From Eubacteriales bacterium (GTDB lineage: Bacteria; Bacillota; Clostridia; Oscillospirales; CAG-272): a stretch of DNA of 61,217 nucleotides. The notes beneath the pieces were generated by a model. That model ran no database searches. It saw nothing but the letters and a program-made list of their open reading frames with translations, and was not told the origin of the DNA. Location of the stretch: the NCBI GenBank assembly GCA_045537015.1, contig JAZSOQ010000114.1, positions 1 to 61,217 of the forward strand. The letters run 5' to 3'. Position numbers and translations under genes: made by a program. Shown in pieces: positions 27,557 to 37,430 of this stretch (position 1 is the first letter of the stretch; the number at the start of each line of letters is the position of its first letter).

Positions 27557-28697
27557 ATTCGATCACATCGCGTTTGATGAGTTCTTTTACCTCGCCGTCT
27601 ATCTCAATAGTGGCAAGAGTTACACCATCGGCGGCGCTTTGAGTTATGTTTTCAAGCATCAAGCGGTCAATGACCGTATCGCTGCTGATCTTCAAAAGAG
27701 GCGCTGCGGTGGCTTGCTCCTCACGGCGGTGGATATCGCGTATGACCACGTTTCCGCAACGTGCGCCGCACTCAAATTGAATGATCGCACGTGAATCAAC
27801 ATTCTTCTCCCACATACGGAAGCAGCCCTCACCAAGAGGAGTGTAGCTCTTGCGCGCGCCGAAATTTTCAAGTGTGACGTTGTCAAACCACACCGAACCC
27901 GGGCGCTTGTTGTGATTGGAGATAACAATGGCATTATGGCGATAATCACCGTAAACGCCATCAACGCGGACATTGCACAGCCTGTATCCTTCACCCGAGA
28001 GCAATCTGACTCCCGAAAAACCGTTAATGGCGGTGATATTGTGAATGTATATATTCTCAATATCTCCGAAAGACACCTCGGCGTGCGGCTCGTCATAAGT
28101 GGTGAGTGACACAAGATCGTCATTTGTGGTACCGCAGAGGTTCTCAATCACACCGTCCCGCGCAGGGCCGTTGATATGTACGCCGTCGGTAGTACCGAAA
28201 TGCCAATTGTAGTCAAAGAATATATCGCGGGTCACAAATCCGCGCACATCGCCTATCTGCACGCCGTAACTGACGGGATTTCGCACTGTCAGCCCTGTCA
28301 GAATAATGCGATCAACATGAGCAAAGCGCATCAGCTTGCCCTTGAAAAGATCGGGGCTGTATGGGTCGTCAAGTCGGTGACGGGCTTCGTATTCTCCATC
28401 AAGCCCCATCTCGTCGCAATTACCGTCCCAGATGCCGCCGACGATCTCGATGTTCTCGGCGCGGCCGCCTCCGGCAAAATGCTCGTTTTCAATAAGAGCA
28501 CAACGTGATAGCGGAGCGGCAAGGAGTTTTGCACCGGGAGAAAGGATGAAGCGGGTGTTGGAGTGAACGATCAGAGTTTTGCTGATAAGATACGTACCGG
28601 GCTTGTCGATGGTGACAATGCCACAGCCGTCAAGCATCGCCTGTATGGCGAGGGTATCGTCGTGCTTACCGTCTCCGTAAATCATTTTACTTTGCAA
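27555..28697 (-). CDS. right-handed beta-helix glycoside hydrolase family 28-like protein (no signal peptide)
   Basis: N-terminal pectate-lyase-superfamily block GDGKHDDTLAIQAML and GH28-like catalytic blocks FGTTDGVHI and TNDDLVSL. TTG at 28697 overlaps the upstream gene; the alternative ATG at 28685 lies 1 nt past the upstream stop. Confidence 0.65.
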   Translation of the reverse strand: MQSKMIYGDGKHDDTLAIQAMLDGCGIVTIDKPGTYLISKTLIVHSNTRFILSPGAKLLAAPLSRCALIENEHFAGGGRAENIEIVGGIWDGNCDEMGLDGEYEARHRLDDPYSPDLFKGKLMRFAHVDRIILTGLTVRNPVSYGVQIGDVRGFVTRDIFFDYNWHFGTTDGVHINGPARDGVIENLCGTTNDDLVSLTTYDEPHAEVSFGDIENIYIHNITAINGFSGVRLLSGEGYRLCNVRVDGVYGDYRHNAIVISNHNKRPGSVWFDNVTLENFGARKSYTPLGEGCFRMWEKNVDSRAIIQFECGARCGNVVIRDIHRREEQATAAPLLKISSDTVIDRLMLENITQSAADGVTLATIEIDGEVKELIKRDVIE

Positions 28698-29583
28698 GCG
28701 CAGCCTTCTTCGCCTCGACCTCGTCTGCGAGGTGGCGGGCTACCTTTGCGGCGTGGCAGAGTGCGGACTGCATGAGTTCTTTTGTGGGGAATCTGTCATA
28801 GAAATGGAGTACTTCGAGGTTCATATTGCCCTCGTATCCGATCTCGGCAAGTGCGGAGGTGATGGAATTCCAATCGTGCTTGCCCATATAGGGGAGCCAA
28901 TGCTTGTCAGCCTTATTATCGGTGTCCTGAACGTGGAGCATAGTGAGCTTGTCCTTCGACATTCCGCGAATGAATTCTGCGGGGTCAACGCCTACAACTG
29001 CGGCGTGTCCGACGTCACAGCAAGTGACAAAAACGTCGGTATTGAAGGAATCACGATATGCGTTCATCTCCTCGGCGGTGCCGAGAACGCCGACGTAGTT
29101 GTAGTTTCCGTTGGGCTTCTTGTGGAAGAGGTTTTCCATACCGATCTTGAGATTGAGCTTTTCCGCGATCGGAATGAGATCCGAGAAGAAGGGGCGGTTG
29201 TATGCGTAAACGTCGAAACTGTCATCCTCGGGGATGCCGTACTTTACGGTATGAACAACGATCTGGGGAATACCCATCCAGGATGCGAACTCAAGGCTGC
29301 GCAGGAGGTTGTTGTAATGAACCGAATTTCCTATCTCGCCATAGCGGGTCTCGAAATCCGAGTGAGCCTGGGGGAAGGAAATGCCGATCTTTTCCGCATA
29401 GTTGCGAAGCTCGTATGCGAGAGCCTTGCGCTCCTCATCGGGAAGATTGAGGATGTCGTTATCGGGCTGCATCTTGAAAAGAGAGTAGTCGATGCCGTCA
29501 AAGCCTGCTTCCTTGCACATTCTGATGGATTCCTTGTCGCCAAAGGCATAGCGCATTACGCTGTTATCTGTTGAGATGATCAT
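28687..29583 (-). CDS. sugar phosphate isomerase/epimerase (TIM barrel)
   Basis: 298 aa. Family blocks PQAHSDF, MENL, CCDVGHA and HVQD. AAGGAG SD. Confidence 0.75.
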   Translation of the reverse strand: MIISTDNSVMRYAFGDKESIRMCKEAGFDGIDYSLFKMQPDNDILNLPDEERKALAYELRNYAEKIGISFPQAHSDFETRYGEIGNSVHYNNLLRSLEFASWMGIPQIVVHTVKYGIPEDDSFDVYAYNRPFFSDLIPIAEKLNLKIGMENLFHKKPNGNYNYVGVLGTAEEMNAYRDSFNTDVFVTCCDVGHAAVVGVDPAEFIRGMSKDKLTMLHVQDTDNKADKHWLPYMGKHDWNSITSALAEIGYEGNMNLEVLHFYDRFPTKELMQSALCHAAKVARHLADEVEAKKAALAK

Positions 29584-29657
29584 TTGTCTGCTCCTTAAAA
29601 AATAATTATTGGTTTAATTATAGCATTTTCGGGAGCGGTTGTCAACAAAAAACGCAA

Positions 29658-32069
29658 TTATTCTTCCTCGAAAGGCTCACTTCTGAGGGTAACATAGAGC
29701 GCGCAAACGTCATCCGAGCTGCCCGCTTGCCTTGCGGCGCTGACGGTGCGCTTTGCTGCAAGAGTGGCACTTTCATTTCTTTTCGGATCGACGCTTTCGA
29801 GAATATCGAGAAGCCAGACCTCGTCTCCGCAAACGATGCGCCCGTCGGGATCGATGCCGTCCGAGCCCATCAAAATGACGTCGCCGTCCGAGAGATCCAG
29901 ATCTGTACGTGTGGCATTGGTCTGCTTGAGGATACCGATCGGGAATCCCTCGGCTTCGATGGGGAAGACATCCCTGCCGCGGCGCAAAAAGCTCGGGGCG
30001 GCGCCGCTTTTATATATCGCGCCCTTTCCGCTCAGAAGGTCGATCTTGAGAATATCGATGCTAACCGAACATTCCTCACGGTCGGCACGCAGCCAGGCGT
30101 TGAGCACCGAAAGTGAGGTCTCGACGCTCATTTTTGCCTCGAGCATTTGTTTGAGAAAACCTATCGAGGCGGATGAGGCAAAAGCCGCACGGCTTCCCTG
30201 CCCCATACCGTCACAGATCACGGCGTAAAAGTAATCGTCGCCGTTATCAACTGTACATATATTATCGCCGCAAGGATCACCCGTTTGTGCCGCAGAGCGC
30301 GCCGCGCCGAAGGATACGGAAAACTTTCGTCTGCTGTAAAATTCAAGCGAGATCCCCGAGCCCGACGGGGTGAGTGTCGGCGGGCTCAGCAGACAGTTAA
30401 GTGCCCGTTCAAGCTCTTTTCTCAGCTGTACCGCCTTAAGCGAGGCGCGGGAGAGATTGACATTTTCCGCTCTGACAACTATCCGCCTTTTTCCCACAAC
30501 GCTGACGGATGAATACCTGACCCCCGCGGATGAAAGTATTTTTCCTACCCTTTCGGTTCTTTCAAGATCCTCGCTGTTTTCTCTTGTGTCCTCGGCGACA
30601 GCCTCTGCAAGTGCCGCAGACACGGCGCGGTAGTCTGCGGAAAAGCCCGAAAGTCTGCCATCCTCGAGGCATTCGCGAACAAGGTCTGTGGCGGCGCGGT
30701 TGACGCCGTCGGTTATCTCTTCTATCGATGGACAACGGCGGCGCATATATTCGGGCAAGTCGGAGGCTTCAACGAATCCATGTGTGGCAACCGAAGAGCA
30801 GATCTTTGATATAATATCAAGTGTGGAGGCATATTCAAGATTCCAGCAAAGATTTCTGTTCGGGCACTTTATACAGACTTTATCGCAAACGGCATCGCAG
30901 GCGGCACGCAACTCACCCTCGGTCGGGCGGCGTCTTTTGGAGGCAAGCTCGGAAAAGCTTTCGGCAAGTCCCGAAAAAGCGGCGGAAAGCTCGCGCATTC
31001 GCTCTCTGCTGTCTGTCGGATTGGCAGCGGGAGGAGCGGTTGATTCAACTTTTTGATGAAAGAAATCCATCCTCTCGCCCAAAAGAGAGATCAGGCAAAA
31101 CAGTGCAAGTCCAGCAACCTGTGAGGGAAAAAGCAAAATAAATCCCTCGGCATCCGAAAAGAAAAGCGAGCGGAAAGCACCGCATATCGGGATCGCTACG
31201 CCTGCCGCGAGAACCGAAAGGTTCATAAACAGCGCCGCACCAGCAGCTCCTATGGCATAAGTGACGAAATACTCAAAACCGCCAACGGCACCGCACAACG
31301 CTCCCGCAATAATTCCCCGTGCAGCCCCTTTTTTTCTCACGGTATAAAGAATTGAAGCGGTAACCGCAATATGGAGCGGTGAAAGTCCCGCAAATTCGAT
31401 ACCGCGTGCGGCGAGAGTAAGCGAAAAAATCAGAGCAAAATATGATGCTTCGGAAAGCAATTTCCCCGCCGTGCTCTCGGGCTCGGGCAGTTGATCTTCG
31501 TTTTTCTCAAAAAGAGGCATATAGAGTGCCGTTGCAACGGGTGCTATCACCGTTGAGGCTATGCACCCGCAGAGATCGTAGACGTAAAAACCGCCGACGA
31601 AAATTCTGTAAAAACCAACCGCAAACGCCGCGACCGCCGAGGTCGCCATTCGCAGATACAGGCTTTCGGAAAAGAGGGCATCGCTCAATCTTTCATTCTT
31701 TGGAGGCTCGATGGCACATCTTACCACAACGCGCAATGCCACTGCAAAGACTGCGCTCAAAGAAAACACAAGTGCTTCCTCTCCGCGAAGCAATGCGGAA
31801 AGAAGCACACCCGTCAAAATATAGGGTATCCCGTCGGGCGCGGCGCAAAGCCATGCCGCACCGAGGGGAGATGCCGAAAAGTAAAGCTCCGCGCCGTGGA
31901 GCATAAATCCCACCGCGCCGAGAGCAAGCCCACGAAGAAAAAGCCTTGGGCTGTACTCTTTTCCGACCGAGCGGATCTTTGCACGTAAAGTTCCCGCAAA
32001 TTCACCGAAAAAACCGCCGAAACGCTCATATGGCTTCATCTTGTCGCGCGGTATCCTTCTGTTCTTCAT
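29658..32069 (-). CDS. spoIIE: stage II sporulation protein E (PP2C phosphatase)
   Basis: 803 aa. About 10 N-terminal TM helices, a central domain and a C-terminal PP2C domain (YFYAVICDGMGQGSRAA ... VILMGSDGI). Confidence 0.9.
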   Translation of the reverse strand: MKNRRIPRDKMKPYERFGGFFGEFAGTLRAKIRSVGKEYSPRLFLRGLALGAVGFMLHGAELYFSASPLGAAWLCAAPDGIPYILTGVLLSALLRGEEALVFSLSAVFAVALRVVVRCAIEPPKNERLSDALFSESLYLRMATSAVAAFAVGFYRIFVGGFYVYDLCGCIASTVIAPVATALYMPLFEKNEDQLPEPESTAGKLLSEASYFALIFSLTLAARGIEFAGLSPLHIAVTASILYTVRKKGAARGIIAGALCGAVGGFEYFVTYAIGAAGAALFMNLSVLAAGVAIPICGAFRSLFFSDAEGFILLFPSQVAGLALFCLISLLGERMDFFHQKVESTAPPAANPTDSRERMRELSAAFSGLAESFSELASKRRRPTEGELRAACDAVCDKVCIKCPNRNLCWNLEYASTLDIISKICSSVATHGFVEASDLPEYMRRRCPSIEEITDGVNRAATDLVRECLEDGRLSGFSADYRAVSAALAEAVAEDTRENSEDLERTERVGKILSSAGVRYSSVSVVGKRRIVVRAENVNLSRASLKAVQLRKELERALNCLLSPPTLTPSGSGISLEFYSRRKFSVSFGAARSAAQTGDPCGDNICTVDNGDDYFYAVICDGMGQGSRAAFASSASIGFLKQMLEAKMSVETSLSVLNAWLRADREECSVSIDILKIDLLSGKGAIYKSGAAPSFLRRGRDVFPIEAEGFPIGILKQTNATRTDLDLSDGDVILMGSDGIDPDGRIVCGDEVWLLDILESVDPKRNESATLAAKRTVSAARQAGSSDDVCALYVTLRSEPFEEE

Positions 32070-32292
32070 ATTTTCACATCCTTTGAAGTTGCTGAAAAAA
32101 TGATAACATACCTTGCGCGAAAAAAAGGTCGAAGTTGGACATTTGGGAAAATTTATCCAATTATTCTTTCAATCTGTTTTTTGCGTGAATATTTTGTGAT
32201 TTTGAAAACGCATTTTTTACCATTTGTTCACACCTTGAAGCCGGGATTGATGTATAATTATTTCATCTAATTTTATCCACGGAGGAACAATT

Positions 32293-34125
32293 ATGACAAA
32301 AAGATTCACAGCATTCCTGCTGGCATTCATTATGATCTTCGGACTTGTCGGATGCGCGGGCGGAAACGGTGAAGAAAGCACCACTCCCGCAGAAACGACC
32401 CCCGAGGTCACCGAAAAAGCAGACGTTTCCATTGACCTGAACGCGGACATCCTCAAGGACTACATCGTTTGCAGACCCGAAAAGGTCAAGAACGAAAGCA
32501 TCGACGTCACCGTTGAAGCTGCCAAAAACCTCAAGAACGCTATTAACGAAGCATTCGGCATAGACCTTAAGCTTTCCGATGACTGGTACAGGGAATCCGA
32601 CGGTCTTCCCGAGACCGCGAAGGAGATCCTTGTTGGTAAGACCAACCGCACCGAGACCGCAAACGTTCTTGCACAGATCAAGGCAAAGGATTTTGCCATT
32701 GCATTCGAGAACGAGCGCATCGTTATCACCGCAGGCACCGACAGCGGTGTAGCGGATGCTGTCAACTACTTTATCGAGAATTACATCAATACCACTGACA
32801 AGAAGATCACCTTCAACGAGCATCACCTCGAGGTCGTTGCTTATCAGTACCCCATGGGAAGCATCTCCATCGCGGGCACTCCCATTACCGAATACAAGAT
32901 CGTTTACCCCAAGGCAGGCGACCTCGTTACATATTATACTGCGCTTGCAATTTCCGATTATCTCTACGATAACGCAGGCGTTCAGCTTGAGGTCATCGAC
33001 GACTCCACGGCTGAAACCCAGTATGAGCTTCTCCTCGGCAACACCAACCGTGCAGCATCTAACATCGGCATCGACCTTGGCACTGATAAGTATTCTCTTT
33101 CGATTTCCGGAACCAAGGTCGTTCTTCAGGGCGATCACCGTATGGTTGCCGGCGCTGCAGGCGTACTTATCAACGACTATTTCAAGGCAGACGGCAAGGC
33201 AGTTGACGTAACCAACCTTCCCACCGCTCCCGCTGCCGCAACCTACACCTTCAAGAAGGCTACCTCCGGCATTATGATGATCGGCGACGGTATGAGCGCA
33301 GTTCACTTTGCTGCAGCGGTCGATACCGGCGTTATCAAGGAATTTGTTGCCGATACCCTTCCCTACAAGGCTGAATGCACCACCGCTTCTTATTCCGTCC
33401 TTTATAGCGGCAAGGCTTACACAGACTCCGCAGCTTCCGCAACTGCACTTTCGAGCGGTTACAAGACCGTTAACGGTTATCTCGGCGTAAACCACAAGAA
33501 GGTTGAACAGCAGAACATTCGTGAGCTCGCTCACTCCACCGGCGCAAAGACCGCAGTTGTTACCACCGACAAGATCACAGGCGCAACCCCCGGCGGATAC
33601 CTTTGTCACTATCCCGACCGCGATGCTACAGCACAGCTCCAGAACCAGATCGACAAGCTCATCAAGGAAGGAAAAGTCGATTACACCTACGGCGCAGGTA
33701 AAAATAACGGAGTAGACCTTTCTGTTTATACACGCGAAGCACTTTCTGTAATCTCTTCCGATAACAGCAGCTTCTTCATTATGATCGAAGAGGCTTACAT
33801 CGACAAGAACTCTCACAACAATGATCTTACCAAGACCACAAAGAGCGTTCAGAACTACGACAAGGCTATTGCTTACGCTATCGCTTACACCATGATCCGC
33901 GGCGACGTAATGCTCGTTATCACCGCTGACCACGACTGCGGAAACCTTTCGCAGAAGGCAAACGGCGACTACATTTACAACTCCGATAACCACACCAACA
34001 AGAACGTTCCCGTCTTCGCTCTCGGCGACGGCGCAGCTGAACTTCTGAGCAAGGCAGTTATCGACAACACCGATATTCCGAAGGCATTTGCAAAGATCTT
34101 CGGCGAGACCAATTTCGGTTCGTAA
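32293..34125 (+). CDS. alkaline phosphatase lipoprotein with duplicated N-terminal module
   Basis: Lipobox GLVGC. Two ~130-aa N-terminal modules. The PhoA catalytic motifs are MMIGDGMS, TDSAASATALSSGYKTVNGYLGV (matching the E. coli Ser102 loop), EEAYIDKNSHNND and ITADHDCGN. Confidence 0.9.
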   Translation: MTKRFTAFLLAFIMIFGLVGCAGGNGEESTTPAETTPEVTEKADVSIDLNADILKDYIVCRPEKVKNESIDVTVEAAKNLKNAINEAFGIDLKLSDDWYRESDGLPETAKEILVGKTNRTETANVLAQIKAKDFAIAFENERIVITAGTDSGVADAVNYFIENYINTTDKKITFNEHHLEVVAYQYPMGSISIAGTPITEYKIVYPKAGDLVTYYTALAISDYLYDNAGVQLEVIDDSTAETQYELLLGNTNRAASNIGIDLGTDKYSLSISGTKVVLQGDHRMVAGAAGVLINDYFKADGKAVDVTNLPTAPAAATYTFKKATSGIMMIGDGMSAVHFAAAVDTGVIKEFVADTLPYKAECTTASYSVLYSGKAYTDSAASATALSSGYKTVNGYLGVNHKKVEQQNIRELAHSTGAKTAVVTTDKITGATPGGYLCHYPDRDATAQLQNQIDKLIKEGKVDYTYGAGKNNGVDLSVYTREALSVISSDNSSFFIMIEEAYIDKNSHNNDLTKTTKSVQNYDKAIAYAIAYTMIRGDVMLVITADHDCGNLSQKANGDYIYNSDNHTNKNVPVFALGDGAAELLSKAVIDNTDIPKAFAKIFGETNFGS

Positions 34126-34136
34126 ATCAAATATAA

Positions 34137-34176
34137 CAAAACAAGCCGACCCTAACGAGTCGGCTTGTTTTGTTTA
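34137..34176. terminator. bidirectional terminator after the alkaline phosphatase gene
   Basis: AAAACAAGCCGAC/GTCGGCTTGTTTT stem. Confidence 0.85.
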
Positions 34177-34181
34177 TGAAG

Positions 34182-36395
34182 TTATCCGTTGATCTTATAT
34201 CCGAAATACTCTCTTGCTCGTGCGGAGTATTCGGCAATGGCAAGGCAGAGACGGTCGATATCCTCGGTGACTCCGTCCTCGACCTTATCGGCGCAGTACG
34301 AGGTCACGCTGTAAGAGAAGACGTAATCGTAAAGGACTTTACTACCATCTGTCTGGCAGAGTCGGAAATAATAGGTATCTGCGAATTTCTTGACAGGGAT
34401 GTCTTCGAGTGTGAACGATCCTTCCTCGTCGGCAAGAGAATAGGTTTCGTTTCCTTTGACGAGATAATCGGATATATCCTTACCTGCGGCATCTGCTTTC
34501 TTTTGCAGTGCCAAATAATCTGCCTCGCTCCAAACAAGCAGAGTCAGCTTTGCGTCGCCCGAGTCACCGCTTGAATGCAGTCGGAGCGCGACGTTATCGA
34601 GAAGAACAAGCTGTGCCGAGGTGATATGAGCCGTGGAATCATAATCTACAACGGGCGCGGCGTTGGCACGGATAAGAAGCGAGGAGTCATTCGAAACTTT
34701 GCGTTTATCAGATGGGAGGATCTTGTTGACGGGCGACGAAGAATTGTAGTTAAAGTAGGTCTGCGCTTCGCTGCCGTAATTGAGCATTGATGAAAGCAGA
34801 TTATCAAAGAGCTCACCAACACCGTAGCTCGCCTTTACATAATCCGCGGGGGAGCAAACATAACCGGCGCTTCTGATTTCACCAACGCTTCCAAGAGAGC
34901 TTGATTTGACGCATATCTGAAGGATGAGCGACTCGCCCATCTTACGCGCGGGAATGCCGTTTGAGGTGAACACATAGTATCCGTCTTTAGCAGATTCCGC
35001 GGGATGCTCGGAGCTGATACCCGTGCTGTCGGTAACGATCATAAAAATTTTGGGATCCTTCATATCCGACAAGCCTTCCACCCTTGCGGTCATACGCAGG
35101 GCAATATTGTCGCCAAGAACGAGATTCATCGCGGTGAACGCCATATCGACGGTGTGCGCCGTGTAGAAATACTCACCGTTGCTGAACGTTTCGCTGATAG
35201 TTCCACTGTTTTTAAGAGCCGTGAGTGACTTTGATGACCGAACGGTACCTCCGCCCAGCATCAGCGAATAGCTTCCCATATCAAGCGAATGTGAGCCGAG
35301 TGAAAGAGTCACTCCCGTGCCGATAACGATATTCGTCGTCAGCTTGACATCGGCGGTTGCCATTATGGTATAGGTATATTTTTGAGGATTGTTTGCAACT
35401 GCAACTGCCGCTCCGAGTGTAGCGCAGCCTTTTCTGGCTGTGACGGAGTCCCCTTGATGGGTGTCCACCAAAAATTGCGGCAAGTCGCCCTTTCGGCGTG
35501 TATACGAAGGCAGGCAGACCCATCCGAGTTTGCCGTTATAATAGGTGTATCCCCAGTCGCCGCTGATCTCGGTGACGTAGATATCGGTACCTGCGGGCAT
35601 GACGTCGAGAGATGTATATCCGACACCGGGACCGCTGCGGAGTCGCATACCGGCGCTGTACGTAATATTGTAAACGCCCGCTTTTTCACCGCTGACAATC
35701 GGTATGTCATCACCGGAGGAGCCGCCGATCGCGGCGGTCAGAGCTTCATCCTCAAACCAGATAAGACCCTCGAGCGTATAGGCGCTGTCCCTGCCGTAAT
35801 ATGCAACGAGCTCGTCGATGGTACACTTTATCGCATCACCTTCCTTGTAATACTTACCGCCGATGGTAAGATTGAAGCTATCGGAAAAATAAACGTAGCC
35901 GTCTATTATGCCGTGGATAAAGAAGGAGTGGCCGTATTTCTTGCCCGCGGTAGTGCTGGTCCATTGGAAGCCTACAAGAACGTCGGTAACGACATCACCC
36001 ATTGAAGCTATCTTTTCAAGAGTTTTCTTGAAGGTTGAATTGGTTGCGGGGTAGTTATGTATCTTTCTGCCTCCGCCCGTGTAGGAAAGGTCCTTGTAGT
36101 TGTCGTACTCGTCGTTGCCGTTTCCTCCGACGTATCTGGTGTTGATGCCGAGCAACAGAAGCTGGGTATTGACGTAATGGGCGCAATAGTTTTTGAAGGT
36201 GGTGTATCCCGTATATCTTTTTGCCCATGAATAGGTAAATTCGATCTGCTCGACAATGTCGGACGCCGTGGGAATATCTACCGCGGCATCTATTGACACG
36301 CTCACCGCGGGCAAAAGCGAGCAAATGCAGATAATGAGGCAAAGCATTCGCTTCAATATATTTTTATATTTCATTTTGGTTATTTTCTTAATCAC
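34182..36395 (-). CDS. secreted multidomain protein (Cys/His N-domain, SH3b domain, beta-rich C-region)
   Basis: 737 aa. GTG start with GGAGG 7 nt upstream, and a signal peptide. SH3b-like segment GVYNITYSAGMRLRSGPGVGYTSLDVMPAGTDIYVTEISGDWGYTYYNGKLGWV. The N-domain has NYCAHYV ... GHSFFIHG, reminiscent of papain-fold/CHAP-like peptidases (inference only). Confidence 0.5.
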   Translation of the reverse strand: MIKKITKMKYKNILKRMLCLIICICSLLPAVSVSIDAAVDIPTASDIVEQIEFTYSWAKRYTGYTTFKNYCAHYVNTQLLLLGINTRYVGGNGNDEYDNYKDLSYTGGGRKIHNYPATNSTFKKTLEKIASMGDVVTDVLVGFQWTSTTAGKKYGHSFFIHGIIDGYVYFSDSFNLTIGGKYYKEGDAIKCTIDELVAYYGRDSAYTLEGLIWFEDEALTAAIGGSSGDDIPIVSGEKAGVYNITYSAGMRLRSGPGVGYTSLDVMPAGTDIYVTEISGDWGYTYYNGKLGWVCLPSYTRRKGDLPQFLVDTHQGDSVTARKGCATLGAAVAVANNPQKYTYTIMATADVKLTTNIVIGTGVTLSLGSHSLDMGSYSLMLGGGTVRSSKSLTALKNSGTISETFSNGEYFYTAHTVDMAFTAMNLVLGDNIALRMTARVEGLSDMKDPKIFMIVTDSTGISSEHPAESAKDGYYVFTSNGIPARKMGESLILQICVKSSSLGSVGEIRSAGYVCSPADYVKASYGVGELFDNLLSSMLNYGSEAQTYFNYNSSSPVNKILPSDKRKVSNDSSLLIRANAAPVVDYDSTAHITSAQLVLLDNVALRLHSSGDSGDAKLTLLVWSEADYLALQKKADAAGKDISDYLVKGNETYSLADEEGSFTLEDIPVKKFADTYYFRLCQTDGSKVLYDYVFSYSVTSYCADKVEDGVTEDIDRLCLAIAEYSARAREYFGYKING

Positions 36396-36621
36396 AAATG
36401 ATCCTCCGTGGGGGGCGGGCTCGGTAATAAAATAAATATAATTAATTTTATCATCTTTTTACATAACTTGTCAAGGGGTAAAACTAAAATTTTCATACAG
36501 CGCCATTAAGTGTTTACAAGCGGCAAATATATTTGGATAAAAATCCCTACGCGGGACAGGCAAAAACGGGAAAGTGATTGAATAAATTAATTTGACTACA
36601 TCTTTTTTAGGGAGAATTACT

Positions 36622-37305
36622 ATGTTCAATCTTCTTTCGGTTCTTTCACGCTTACTTCACGCGATGCTCGGTATTTCGACGCCAAACAACTTCCCACCTC
36701 CGCTTACGAGTGCGGAAGAGGATGAGGCTTTTGTGCTTGCCAAAAAGGGTGATTCCGCGGCAAGAGAAAAGCTGATCGTTCATAATTTGCGTCTTGTTTC
36801 GCACATCGTCAGAAAATATTATTCAAGTGCCAAAAATCAAGAAGATCTTGTTTCGCTGGGCACGATCGGGCTGATAAAAGCCGTTGATTCATACGACACC
36901 GGTCACAAGACCCGCTTTGCAACATACGCCGCAAAATGCATACAAAATGAGATCCTTATGCACTTTCGCAGTCAGCGTAAGCTGCAAAATGAGGTTTCGA
37001 TAAACGATGCCATCGACACCGACCGCGACGGTAATCCGCTTACTTATGAAGATATTATCAGCACCGATGAAAATATGGCTGAGGATCTTGACCGGCGGAT
37101 GCTTGCCGACAGGGCTCTTTCCTATATCAACACCATCTTAAGCGCGCGCGAGCGGCAGGTTATTTTTCTGCGATACGGGCTCTCGGGGAAAAAGCCGAAA
37201 ACGCAAAAGGAAACCGCAGCAATGCTCGGTATATCAAGATCATACGTCAGCAGAATAGAAAAAAGCGCCCTTGACAAGCTTCGCGAAGCGCTTGGTTCCG
37301 AATGA
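36622..37305 (+). CDS. sigK: sporulation sigma factor, pro-sigma-K type
   Basis: A short pro-sequence ends in NNFPPPLTSAEE. HNLRLVSHIVRKYYSSAKNQEDLVSLGTIGLIKAV and TRFATYAAKCIQNENILMHFR-type blocks (sequence reads TRFATYAAKCIQNEILMHFR) resemble SigK more than SigE. Region 4 is LGISRSYVSRIEKSAL. The gene is uninterrupted. Start at ATG 36622 with a GGGAG SD. Confidence 0.75.
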   Translation: MFNLLSVLSRLLHAMLGISTPNNFPPPLTSAEEDEAFVLAKKGDSAAREKLIVHNLRLVSHIVRKYYSSAKNQEDLVSLGTIGLIKAVDSYDTGHKTRFATYAAKCIQNEILMHFRSQRKLQNEVSINDAIDTDRDGNPLTYEDIISTDENMAEDLDRRMLADRALSYINTILSARERQVIFLRYGLSGKKPKTQKETAAMLGISRSYVSRIEKSALDKLREALGSE

Positions 37306-37358
37306 GTCCTTTTCGCATTTTTTTGTGTGAAGTATTTGTGAAAATTTTCATAAAGGTG

Positions 37359-37387
37359 TTGAATTACATATAAAAAAATGATATAAT
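37359..37387 (+). promoter_or_regulatory. sigma-A type promoter of MBL-lipoprotein paralog 1
   Basis: TTGAAT, a 17-nt spacer ending in TGA, then TATAAT (extended -10). Confidence 0.7.
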
Positions 37388-37430
37388 TGACCAAAGAAAA
37401 ACTATCCAACAAAAGAAAGGAAGATTTCAG

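Noticed and set aside
36622-37305. Possible skin-like element interrupting sigK.
   Set aside because: The ORF is continuous from the pro-sequence through region 4.2 (LGISRSYVSRIEKSAL), and no recombinase gene is nearby.
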